Positions 39,979 through 49,400 of a stretch of 64,000 nucleotides of DNA are shown piece after piece (position 1 is the first letter of the stretch; each line of letters starts with the position of its first letter). Position numbers and translations under genes: made by a program. Origin of the DNA: an uncultured Alphaproteobacteria bacterium (lineage in GTDB: Bacteria > Pseudomonadota > Alphaproteobacteria > UBA3830 > CAYLKK01). Where the stretch lies: positions 13,662-77,661 of the forward strand of contig CAZMHS010000001.1 of assembly GCA_964566185.1 (NCBI GenBank). The letters are read 5' to 3'. The notes under the pieces are model-generated. The model was not told the DNA's origin. It worked only from the letters and a program-made list of their open reading frames with translations, and searched no databases.

Positions 39979-40300
39979 TTTAACTAATTTTTTATCGCAT
40001 TTTCAGGCGCTATGTCGATTTTTGGTACTATTTTCATAAAATTTTCTTTACAATATGCTTTTTCAGTGAGAAAATGTCCATTGAATATTAGAGGGCGAAA
40101 ATCTTTATCGAATGGATGTTGGAGCTCCGTTGCGGTATGGGCATTTAGCACACGATTGTTACTTGTTGCGAGCCAGCCAATACAGGGCTGATGTCAAAGT
40201 TGTTGATCGGATTATTAACATATGTAAGGAGAATTATAAGACATATAAATGATATTTTAATACTTATACAGTAATATGCTCTTATCGTTTCGAGGAGATT

Positions 40301-41059
40301 ATGGTGAGAGCATTTATGATTTTACTATGCCTGCAGCTAAATGCTGAGTTACATGCAATGAGGCAAATTGCCAAATCTCATGAATTTACGTTTTCATCAG
40401 AAACTATGCATATTAGGCCAGAAGATAGAAAGCTTGTTTTCGATGCATACCGTGATATTAAAACTCAAATAATGGCAGAGCACAATTGTACGGAATCTGA
40501 AATATCTAGATGGTGTACCGATAAGGACTGTGATATTCCGTACATATTATTAAAAGATAAGTATGAAAAAGAAGTACCTTTAGTACGGTTCTGGCATGCT
40601 CTATCTGGATTAACGTTTAGTGCATGTGCGCTTGCAAGACCTACATTTGAAGCGCGAGTTGCAAAATGCATGTCGATTCCATACGTCCGAGAATCGCAAA
40701 CAGGCCTTGCGGTTGAGACGTTGATCAAGCGGTTGGAAAACATACGTATATTAGAAATTTTCGGAAAATCAATATATACAAAAAAGACGTCAGTATTACA
40801 AATTTTTACTCAAGAAGCATTAGATGCAGTTCGACTTATGAATAACGAGTGGAGCGATCATCACGACGATCCTGAGTACGACCATGGTGCAGCAAAGTAT
40901 TGGTTTGCTGATTTAGACAGCGATCTTGAAACAGAAATTCAACGAGTAGAACCAATATTGCAGAAAATTGCTAGTCAATGGCTTCCAACTGCTAATCGGC
41001 AGCGTGCTCGCAATATCTTGTACGATTGGAGAGAGTATTTCTCTGAAAATTATGAGTAG
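40301..41059 (+). CDS. hypothetical protein, paralogue B of the unrecognised family (252 aa)
   Basis: It has the same GAGGAG SD and ATG as paralogue A. The first 128 codons are nucleotide-identical. The blocks LMN.EW.DHH.DPEYDHGAAKYWFADLD.DLE and ILYDWREYFS..YE are conserved. Confidence 0.75.
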   Translation: MVRAFMILLCLQLNAELHAMRQIAKSHEFTFSSETMHIRPEDRKLVFDAYRDIKTQIMAEHNCTESEISRWCTDKDCDIPYILLKDKYEKEVPLVRFWHALSGLTFSACALARPTFEARVAKCMSIPYVRESQTGLAVETLIKRLENIRILEIFGKSIYTKKTSVLQIFTQEALDAVRLMNNEWSDHHDDPEYDHGAAKYWFADLDSDLETEIQRVEPILQKIASQWLPTANRQRARNILYDWREYFSENYE

Positions 41060-41158
41060 TATATGTTGGATTGACGACTTCTCTGATTCTGCGATATTGT
41101 TCATTGTCACGGCAGTTTCATAAATTTTCTGATCAAAGCTGCAATAATCTTTTATATG

Positions 41159-41167
41159 TGTTATAAT
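41159..41167 (+). promoter_or_regulatory. extended -10 element TGTTATAAT upstream of the Rpn-family gene
   Basis: It is a perfect TGnTATAAT match, 31 nt upstream of ATG 41198. This supports 41198 rather than ATG 41156 as the start. Confidence 0.4.
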
Positions 41168-41197
41168 ATCTGCAGATGTTGGCGATTAAGAGTGCAT

Positions 41198-42094
41198 ATG
41201 GACAGACTTTTGGATCCAAAGAATGATTGGGCGTTTAAGCAGGTATTTGGCGAAGAAAAGCACAAGGACATCTTGTTAAAGTTTCTGAATGATGTTCTTA
41301 ACGAGTACGTACTGCACGGAAATTTGATCACCGACGTCAGATTCTTAAAGGTTAATCTAGATACAGAAATCATAGCATTGCGCCAAAGTATTGTAGACGT
41401 TCTATGCACAACTAATGATGGAACTCATTTCATCGTTGAAATGCAGCGAGCATCAGATTCAGGCTTTATTCAACGCGCAGTTGAGTACGCAAGCCGTGTG
41501 TATTTGAACCAGAGGCCTCGGAGCCAGAAAACTAAAAATGATAAAGGCGGATACAACAAACTGCGACCTGTAATTTTTTTGGCGATCATGGAGGAGACTT
41601 TGTTTCCGAATAAGAAGGACTATCTGTCGCATCATCAATTCAGGGACGTCGTCACATACGAACACGATCTAAAACAAATGTCGTTTTCGTTTTTGGAATT
41701 GTCGAAGTTCCATACGCAGTTCTGCGAACTCAAGGATGATATCGAAAAGTGGGCGTATTTCTTTAAGCATGCGAGCCATATAGATCCGGATGATTTAGAT
41801 AAGGTATTAAGGGAAAATTCGGCCTTAAGTAACGCATACAAAGCACTTGAAAGGGCGTCTTATACGCCTGAACAACTCCTCGAGTACGATCGCTACGCGT
41901 GGAAAGAGGAAGAAATCCAAACTCGAATTAACGATGCTAGATTGGCTGGTGAAGCAAAAGGTCGTACCGAAGAACGTGCTAAGGCTCACTCAGAAAAAAT
42001 AAAGACAGCGGAAAAGATGTTATCAAAAGGTTTGAATATCTCTGATATTTCCGACTTTACAGGACTCTCTGTAGAAGAAATTCAGTCGCTGTAA
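41198..42094 (+). CDS. Rpn-family recombination-promoting nuclease / PD-(D/E)XK 'putative transposase'
   Basis: MDRLLDPKNDWAFKQVFGEEKHKDILLKFLNDVL is the typical N-terminus of the PDDEXK_2/Rpn family. The nuclease core (DVLCTTNDGTHFIVEMQ) and the characteristic C-terminal helix-rich tail ending ...GLSVEEIQSL are also present. Confidence 0.85.
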   Translation: MDRLLDPKNDWAFKQVFGEEKHKDILLKFLNDVLNEYVLHGNLITDVRFLKVNLDTEIIALRQSIVDVLCTTNDGTHFIVEMQRASDSGFIQRAVEYASRVYLNQRPRSQKTKNDKGGYNKLRPVIFLAIMEETLFPNKKDYLSHHQFRDVVTYEHDLKQMSFSFLELSKFHTQFCELKDDIEKWAYFFKHASHIDPDDLDKVLRENSALSNAYKALERASYTPEQLLEYDRYAWKEEEIQTRINDARLAGEAKGRTEERAKAHSEKIKTAEKMLSKGLNISDISDFTGLSVEEIQSL

Positions 42095-42276
42095 ATATCG
42101 AAAAATGAATTGGAGACACTCCACATCAGTTTTTTTCAATCTTTGCGCGTGTGCCTATGTGTTTTCGATCTTATCTCTCGTTTGTTTTGTGAATTTTCTA
42201 GTCATATGAATTGCTCGTTATTCTAAAATAAACAAATCAATTTATGAAACCGCCGTGTGTTCATTGTTTGCGACGC

Positions 42277-42305
42277 TTGATGCTGATGAAAAGTTATGAT
42301 ACAAT
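42277..42305 (+). promoter_or_regulatory. candidate sigma70 promoter of rpmB
   Basis: TTGATG (42277-42282), a 17-nt spacer, then TACAAT (42300-42305), 27 nt upstream of the rpmB ATG. Confidence 0.35.
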
Positions 42306-42331
42306 GGGAAAAATGTTTTATGGAGAATTTT

Positions 42332-42622
42332 ATGGCTAGAGTTTGTTGTTTGACAGGAAAGGGCGTGATGTCTGGGAACAGAGTCAGTCATGCTAATAAT
42401 AAGTCTAAGCGTAGGTTTCTGCCTAATTTGCAGAATGTATCGTTCTTAAGTGACGCTTTGGGGTGTAGGGTGCGTTTGCGTTTGAGTGTTAGTGCCGTTA
42501 GATGTGTAGAGAAATTAGGCGGGATAGATAATTATTTGCGAACTGCTGATTCAAGTTTGCTTTCCCAAAAAATGCGCAGGTTGAAAAAGGTTATTGATAC
42601 TAAGTGTGTTGCTTCTGCGTAG
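42332..42622 (+). CDS. rpmB: 50S ribosomal protein L28
   Basis: [34 protein letters not shown] is the canonical L28 N-terminus. ATG 42332 is preceded by GGAGAA. The upstream 12 codons of the track ORF are not L28-like. Confidence 0.95.
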   Translation: MARVCCLTGKGVMSGNRVSHANNKSKRRFLPNLQNVSFLSDALGCRVRLRLSVSAVRCVEKLGGIDNYLRTADSSLLSQKMRRLKKVIDTKCVASA

Positions 42623-42678
42623 TCACACGAGCGCTGTCTTAGTTAAGGTCTCTCTTATCTGTCGTATGGTGGTGCTGT

Positions 42679-43377
42679 GTGGCTGAGTTGTGCAGTGCGG
42701 CAACGTTTTTTGTGTGTATCACATCGTTGATTTGTCTTTGCCGATTATACGGCGTTGTCGGGCTGCACGCTTATTCGGTAGTTGTCGCTGTTTGTGCGAA
42801 CATTCAGGTCTTAAAGGTTACACAGTATCTTTTTTATGATTCTCCGGTTCCTCTAGGAACTGTCGTATTTTCTACAATGTTCGCTGTTGATAACATAATA
42901 AGTGAGCATTATGGGATTTCTGCAGCAAAGAGGAATGTGTATATTGGGTTTGTTAGTTATTTATTTTTTGCTATATTAATGTTGCTAACTGATTGGCATC
43001 CTGCTGTTTGTTCAACAGGGTGTGCAAATTTGCATAAAGAAATACATGCTCTATTTTCACCATCAATAGCATTTTTTGTCGCAAGTGTAACTGCTTATTT
43101 TATTGGACAGATATCTGATGTTTACTTTTTTAGTTTTTTAAAACCTAAAATTAATGCGCTATGGCTTCGGTCTGGCATGGCTATGTTGTTTGGCACTTTT
43201 ATCGATAACTGTGTGTTTTCAGTAGTCGCTTGGAAAGTATTTCCAAACTTTGATATATCGTGGTCTGATGTGTTTTTTACATACATAATTGGTACAAGCT
43301 TGTTTAGGTTTGTTATTGCTTTATGCTGTATCCCTTTAGTAGAATTCTCTGGTAAGTTTGTTGTTAGAGAGATGTGA
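42679..43377 (+). CDS. yhhQ: queuosine-precursor transporter YhhQ (VUT/DUF165 family)
   Basis: It is a polytopic membrane protein with the DUF165-type blocks FAVDNIISEHYG..AAKRNVYIGF, ISDVYFFSFLK and FGTFIDNCVFSVVAW. It lies directly upstream of tgt. Confidence 0.8.
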   Translation: MAELCSAATFFVCITSLICLCRLYGVVGLHAYSVVVAVCANIQVLKVTQYLFYDSPVPLGTVVFSTMFAVDNIISEHYGISAAKRNVYIGFVSYLFFAILMLLTDWHPAVCSTGCANLHKEIHALFSPSIAFFVASVTAYFIGQISDVYFFSFLKPKINALWLRSGMAMLFGTFIDNCVFSVVAWKVFPNFDISWSDVFFTYIIGTSLFRFVIALCCIPLVEFSGKFVVREM

Positions 43378-43378
43378 T

Positions 43379-44551
43379 ATGTACGAGAATTTTTCATTTA
43401 ATGTTATTTCAACGCATGGAAATGCTAGGTGTGGTGTCCTACATACACCTCATGGTGATGTACATACTCCTGCATTCATTTTTTGCGGTACAAAGGCTAG
43501 TGTAAAAGGAATTTGGCCACAACAGTTAGTAAATGCTAGGACGCAGATTATTTTGTCGAATACTTATCACTTATTTTTACATCCAGGCGGTGAGGCAATA
43601 CGGAAAATGGGCGGATTGCATAAAATTACTGGATGGGACGGGCCAATGTTTACAGATTCTGGTGGATTTCAAATATTTAGTTTCGGCTATGGGTCTGTTG
43701 CTGATGAAATAAAGGGGAGAAGGAATGGTTCGTCGAGTGTTGTATCTATTACTGATGATGGTGCAAGATTTAGGTCTTATTGGGATGGAACGTACAGAGT
43801 CTTAACGCCTGAGATTTCCGTTAAGACGCAGTGTGATCTTGGTGCAGATTTAATAGTAGTTCTAGATGAGTGCACACCGTTTCATTCAAGTAGGGAGTAT
43901 ACTGAACGTTCTTTGGTACGATCGCATTCGTGGGAATTACGTTCTCTTTCTGAATTTAAGCGCTTAGATAATGGTTCTCATGCTTTATACGGAATCGTAC
44001 AAGGGGGTGTATATCCAGATTTGCGAAGATGCGCAGGAGAATTTGTTAGTTCTCATGAATTTTTTGGCACAGCAATCGGTGGAACTTTAGGACAGACGAA
44101 AGAGCAGATGCACGAAGTTGTAAGTATGGCGTTTCAGAGTTTGGATATTTTACGGCCAATACATTTGCTTGGAATCGGTGGCATTTCAGATATATTTAAT
44201 GGTGTAGCTTTAGGTGTCGATACTTTTGATTGCGTTCATCCAACACGAGTTGCTCGACATGGCGGCGCTTTAGTGGCTCCAGAGTATCGTGGCTCTTGCG
44301 AGAAAGAGCATATTAATTTAAAGAATTCTATATATGAATTCGATAATTCTCCAATTGAAGATACGTGCGATTGTGAGTGTTGTTTAAACTTCAGTCGAGC
44401 GTATTTGCATTATCTATTAAAAGCAAAAGAAATGCTTGCTATTGAAGCTATTTCTGTCCATAACGTACGTTTTATGAATAGATTAATGGAAAACATCAGA
44501 GATTCTATTAATAATGGAACATTCGAAAGTTTAAAGAGAAGTTGGTGTTAA
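43379..44551 (+). CDS. tgt: tRNA-guanine transglycosylase (queuine/preQ1 tRNA-ribosyltransferase)
   Basis: HTPAFIFCGTKASVKG, ILSNTYHL, GPMFTDSGGFQIFS, VLDECTP, YGIVQGG, DTFDCVHPTR and the zinc motif CDCECC...H are present. ATG 43379 lies 2 nt after the yhhQ stop. Confidence 0.9.
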   Translation: MYENFSFNVISTHGNARCGVLHTPHGDVHTPAFIFCGTKASVKGIWPQQLVNARTQIILSNTYHLFLHPGGEAIRKMGGLHKITGWDGPMFTDSGGFQIFSFGYGSVADEIKGRRNGSSSVVSITDDGARFRSYWDGTYRVLTPEISVKTQCDLGADLIVVLDECTPFHSSREYTERSLVRSHSWELRSLSEFKRLDNGSHALYGIVQGGVYPDLRRCAGEFVSSHEFFGTAIGGTLGQTKEQMHEVVSMAFQSLDILRPIHLLGIGGISDIFNGVALGVDTFDCVHPTRVARHGGALVAPEYRGSCEKEHINLKNSIYEFDNSPIEDTCDCECCLNFSRAYLHYLLKAKEMLAIEAISVHNVRFMNRLMENIRDSINNGTFESLKRSWC

Positions 44552-46425
44552 TTAGGTTAATAATAGTACTAACTTTTTTATCGAGTATAGTTTCCAATTG
44601 TCCTGCATCATTGGATTCGTATGATGTGCAATACGCTGTAAGTGTGACTGGTGTTGATTTGGCGCGATTTGGAAGCTTGAAAAAAGATCGCTTACTCGAC
44701 GATAAATATAAGCGTGTTAGTAATATTTATGCTTTGCACGATAGAATAGAACGTTTTATACGAATTGCTAAACAACAATTCATTGAACGTGGATATTATG
44801 ATGCTTCTGTTTCGTATTCTTTATCTCAACAGCAAGAAACGACTATAGTTAACATAAATGTTGATCTTGGGACATTATATAGGATTTCTAACGTAGAATT
44901 ACAGTTTTCTAAAAAAAAAGACGATAAATCATTAAACGGTTTGCGTGATACATTACAGCATAAAAAGTTTATTAGTTCACAAATAAAGAAAATCGCAACA
45001 GCTTTTGCTGTGGAAAATATAGCTAACTGGTATGAGCGTAATTTGCATAAACGTGGGTATCCATTTGCTAAAGTTTTATCTAGAAATGTCGTATTGGATA
45101 AAATCAATGGAAGTGCGCTAATTGAAATTGAGTGTTATTTAGGGGGAAAAATATATTACGGTCCTACAAGGATTAATGGACTCTATACTTTGAATGAGTC
45201 TTTTGTACTTAAAAGAACTTGTTGGGAAGATGGTGATATATTTAATATAAAAGATATCGAACGAACGAATCGTTTGTTAACAGGGAGCCAAATTTTTTCT
45301 AAGGTTAACATTTCTTTAGATGAAAATAATGTGCAGAATGCTATTGCTCCTGTGAATATAGACTTGATTGAAGATAAACCTAGATCTCTGGAATTAAGCT
45401 TGTTTTATTCAACGATCAAGACGTATAACTTTCAGGAGACCAATCACTCTACAAAAAATTTAAGATCAATTTATGGATCACTTACGTGGATCCATTATAA
45501 CGTTTTTCGGAATGGGGAAAAAGTGAGGATTAGTTGCTCTGGTGCTCCGTTTAGCGTTAATTCTGCGAATACATATAAGGATTATACGTTTCGTTGTGAA
45601 TTCATAAAACCAGATTTTTTTTACGATAGAGATGAAGTTTTATCTTATACTTCTTACGATAGAGAGAATAAAAATGCATACTATAAGTTAGGACGATCTG
45701 TTGGCTGTGAGTGGGCATCTCCTCCTTGGTTGTTAGAATACATAAAATGTTCTGCAGGAATATCTTTTGAAGAGAATATTGTAAATGGTCCGTATAATAT
45801 TTTGGAAAAATATGAATGCATTTATATGCCATTCATGTTTTCATTTGATAAGAGAAATAGCGTATTAAATCCATCAAAAGGATATAAAATATCTTTAAAG
45901 GTTGTGCCTCAGCTAATGAGTAGAGGACGTCTATCTCATTTGATAAGCTTATACTGTACGCAGGCTTTTTCTAGAAAACAGAGTAGGGATACCGTTCTTG
46001 CTGTTTGGGGGAATTTTTCTAAAGTATTTACATTTGGATGTAATGATGTTCCTTTGGATAAGCGGTTGTATGCTGGAGGTGTTTCTTCCGTTCGAGGTTA
46101 CGGCCTTCAGATGGCTGGTCCAATGCGTGTAATACGTGATTCTAAAAATATTACAATAGATACAAAATATCCGATTGGTGGATTATATAAGATTGAGTGT
46201 GGTGCTGAAATTAGAAAAAATATATATAAAGAAATAGGTGGTGTAATTTTTTTTGAAAGTGCTGCAGTCGGTAATTTAAATAAAATATTTTCTGGGTATG
46301 GAATTGGGTTAAGGTATAATACTCTCATTGGGCCAGTTAGAATGGATTTAGCTTTTCCATTGAAGCGAAGAAAAAATATAGACAATCGTATGCAGTTTTA
46401 TTTGAGTTTTGGACAAGCATTTTAG
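44542..46425 (+). CDS. tamA: Omp85-family outer-membrane protein, TamA-like (translocation and assembly module)
   Basis: It has POTRA-like N-terminal repeats, the Omp85 barrel motif RLYAGGVSSVRGYG and a C-terminal aromatic residue (...LSFGQAF). It is followed by tamB. Confidence 0.8.
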   Translation: MVLIRLIIVLTFLSSIVSNCPASLDSYDVQYAVSVTGVDLARFGSLKKDRLLDDKYKRVSNIYALHDRIERFIRIAKQQFIERGYYDASVSYSLSQQQETTIVNINVDLGTLYRISNVELQFSKKKDDKSLNGLRDTLQHKKFISSQIKKIATAFAVENIANWYERNLHKRGYPFAKVLSRNVVLDKINGSALIEIECYLGGKIYYGPTRINGLYTLNESFVLKRTCWEDGDIFNIKDIERTNRLLTGSQIFSKVNISLDENNVQNAIAPVNIDLIEDKPRSLELSLFYSTIKTYNFQETNHSTKNLRSIYGSLTWIHYNVFRNGEKVRISCSGAPFSVNSANTYKDYTFRCEFIKPDFFYDRDEVLSYTSYDRENKNAYYKLGRSVGCEWASPPWLLEYIKCSAGISFEENIVNGPYNILEKYECIYMPFMFSFDKRNSVLNPSKGYKISLKVVPQLMSRGRLSHLISLYCTQAFSRKQSRDTVLAVWGNFSKVFTFGCNDVPLDKRLYAGGVSSVRGYGLQMAGPMRVIRDSKNITIDTKYPIGGLYKIECGAEIRKNIYKEIGGVIFFESAAVGNLNKIFSGYGIGLRYNTLIGPVRMDLAFPLKRRKNIDNRMQFYLSFGQAF

Positions 46426-46426
46426 A

Positions 46427-49400
46427 ATGTTAAAATTGTTGGAAAAAGCTATATCTAATATTGTGTATATTGTTTTTGTATGTACCGGCTTTTGCTTGTT
46501 TTTAGCAAATACAGATATAGGAAGGCATTGTGCATGTCGCGTGGTTTCGTATGTATCAAGTATATATTATGACGCGAATGTGGTAGTTTCTGGATGGGAT
46601 GGCAGTTCCTTTTTATCTAGAGTGTGTGTGAAATCTCAAAATTATTCACTTGTTATAAACGATATAAGTCTTTCATATTCGAATGATTTTGCGATATTAG
46701 TTGATAGCGTTTCGATTAATAATTTTCAAGATGATGATCATGCAGTAGATTTTTCTGGAGACATACAATTACCTGTAGCTTTAAGTTGCGTATCTAGCGT
46801 ACAGGTGAATAATGTCGCTGTTAATGATATATGTATTAAACATTTTCGTTATAACAGAAGAGGCGACATGTTACGTCTCTGTGGAAGCATTGAGAATGGA
46901 CAACTTGAATGCGTTTATGATTGCAATAAACGTCAATATGATTTTTACATAGTAGATTGCATAGGAGTAAATGGTTATGTAAGAGCGTTTCGTCGCGCAG
47001 ATGGAAATTTAAGTTTTCAGTCTTCGGTAAAGTATACTCAGTATCTAATTGATGTATCAGGCGAATACATTAATTCTACAGATACTATTGACTTAAAAGC
47101 ACGAATAAATGGCGAAGCCATTAATGGAAAATTATGTGGAGTTTATTCAATAAAAGATAGAAAATTTTCTTGTAACGGAACGCTAAATAATATGCCAAAG
47201 TTGGTCAGCGCTATTTTTTATAATGGTAACGTATCTGTTGGTTTTTCTGGAAACGTTAATTTCGATGGAAATGCCAATTTTGACACAAAGGTTTATAATG
47301 ATGATGTTTTAGCCGCTACAGGTACGATAGCTTGTAAAAAAGGAGATTGTAAAATCAAATTCAATGTTGGGAAGATTGATTTATATTCGTTGAAAATATC
47401 TGAAATAGAGTCTAAGTTCCATTTAAACAATATATACGATCAATACATAACTGTTTTAGGAGAGAATTGGTCGATATATACAAACATCTTATTTAATGAA
47501 ACGTGTACTACTATTCGAGAATGTTCAATTAATCACGGTGCTTGCAGTTCTAGCATTTCTGAGCCATTTGTTATTAGTGAGAATAATGTCGTACAGTCTG
47601 GTCTTATGTCCATAAAAATTGATGATATTCGTTGTATTTCTGATTTTTTTTATGGAATTGTAAAAAAAGATCTAAGCGGTTCATGTATTGTGACTATAAA
47701 TTCAAAAAATAATAATACGCGAATAAAAGTCGAAACTGATAAGCTATCATATAAAATGGTTGATTGTTACAGTTTTGAGATGTTACATAACGGACATGTG
47801 TGTGATTTATATATGGCAGGTTGCGAATTTTTTGGGCAAATGCTATCAGATTTGCATATTTCGAAAATTGGAGAGAAGATCGATTGTTCATGTGTGTTAT
47901 GTAATGATGGATATTTAAAAACACATGGTAAGTTCGAAAATATGAAACTTGTGTTGTACAATTTCGATTTTCTGTTAGATGAGTTCAAGATTTCATCGAA
48001 AGACGTTAAAGTTGATTTTTTGAATGGAAATTTCGAATCAGCGTGTGATATTAACTGTGCTGGAGGTAATTCTAAGTTGACGTTGGTAAAACGTGATAAC
48101 ATTTTTAATGTAAATACGAAGATGAATAATGTTCCATTGCGCATTATACAGAAAATTGACAAAAGAGTTGATAGTACACTTGTAAGTGGCTTGACTTTGA
48201 AATGCGATGCTGCTCTTTGCATCAAAGATAAAGATATTCTTGGAAATATAAAAGTTTGCGTTAATGATAATGTGAGCGACGTATTGTATGCGGATGTAAT
48301 GCTAGATAGGAAGTTAATAACGCTTAATAGTAAATATTCTAGATTTGGCGACTATATAGATTGTCGTATTGTTCTTCCACAGCATATTATGAGAAACAGT
48401 GAAGTTGAAATAGCCGGAAATTTGTTGATGTCTGTGAAATTAAAAAATTTATTTTTCATTCCTTTTGATGGTGTACTTTTAAACGGTGACTGTAATTCAG
48501 AATTATCATTTTCTGGAACATCGACAAAACCTATGGTTAACGGAAAACTAAAGATAGATAATGGCGGAGTTGAAACGTCAGCTGTTTCAGTTAAGAATAT
48601 TACAATTGATACAGTTATACGAAATAATAGGATAGATATTATCAAAGCAAATGCTGTACATAGAAATGGACGTCTTGATATAAAAGGTAAAGGAACGTGC
48701 GAAGTGCAAGGAGTAATACCAAAAATCTTTTGTAATATGGACTTATATTTTTCAAATTTTGATCTTATCAATTCTGATTCGTTAAAATGCATATTTAATG
48801 GTAGCATCTGCGCAAAGGGGGCAATTGAACATTTAACGTTATCTGGCAATATTGATATGAGTGATGGTGTATATGATATTAAGAATGTTAAAACAACGGG
48901 ATATAGCGATATCAACATAATTAGAATTGGGAAAAAACCAAAAACGATTACCAAAACGATTTCTCATAATGTTAATCCTCCATTTGATTTTGATCTCAAG
49001 GCAAATTGTCGTAAATTGCAAATATTAGGTGATTCTATTTCTGCGGTATTTAATGGTAATCTAAACGTTATTAGCTTTAATGATATGCTTGCTTTAGACG
49101 GTAATATAAAGTTGAAGGATGGGCATATAAAAATGGTTGGTTCAAGAATTAAGCTACGTTCAGGTGACATTATTTTTCGAAAAGAAGACGGCTTGAACCC
49201 ACGTATAAATTTGAGCGGTAATTCGATAGTTCGTGATATGCAGGTTTTCGTTGATATACATAATAATCAAGGTAAATTAAATATAGATATCCATTCTAAT
49301 CCATCTTATTCAATTGAGGACATTCTATCTAAAATAATTTTTAACATACCATTCCAAGAGTTATCATTAGCTGAATCAACGAAGTTGAGTAACGCTGTTA

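Larger units (their letters stand above)
39901..41059 (+). repeat. copy B of the two-copy ~1.2-kb module (partner 3712-4900)
   Basis: The same alignment as copy A applies. Positions 40124-40686 are identical to 3935-4497. The flanks are diverged. Confidence 0.9.

Noticed and set aside
47767-48954. Long antisense ORFs lie inside tamB (152 aa and 200 aa on the - strand). Similar ones lie inside the AsmA-like gene (20291-20755), the RND pump (29097-29525), the OMF gene (31724-32152), lolC (51627-52046), ugd (53983-54378), fabD (58067-58546) and the MFP gene (59227-60123).
   Set aside because: All are fully embedded opposite strongly supported genes. They have low-complexity or Ser/Ile/Phe-rich shadow-frame composition and no SD. 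They are typical frame -1/-3 shadows in AT-rich genomes.
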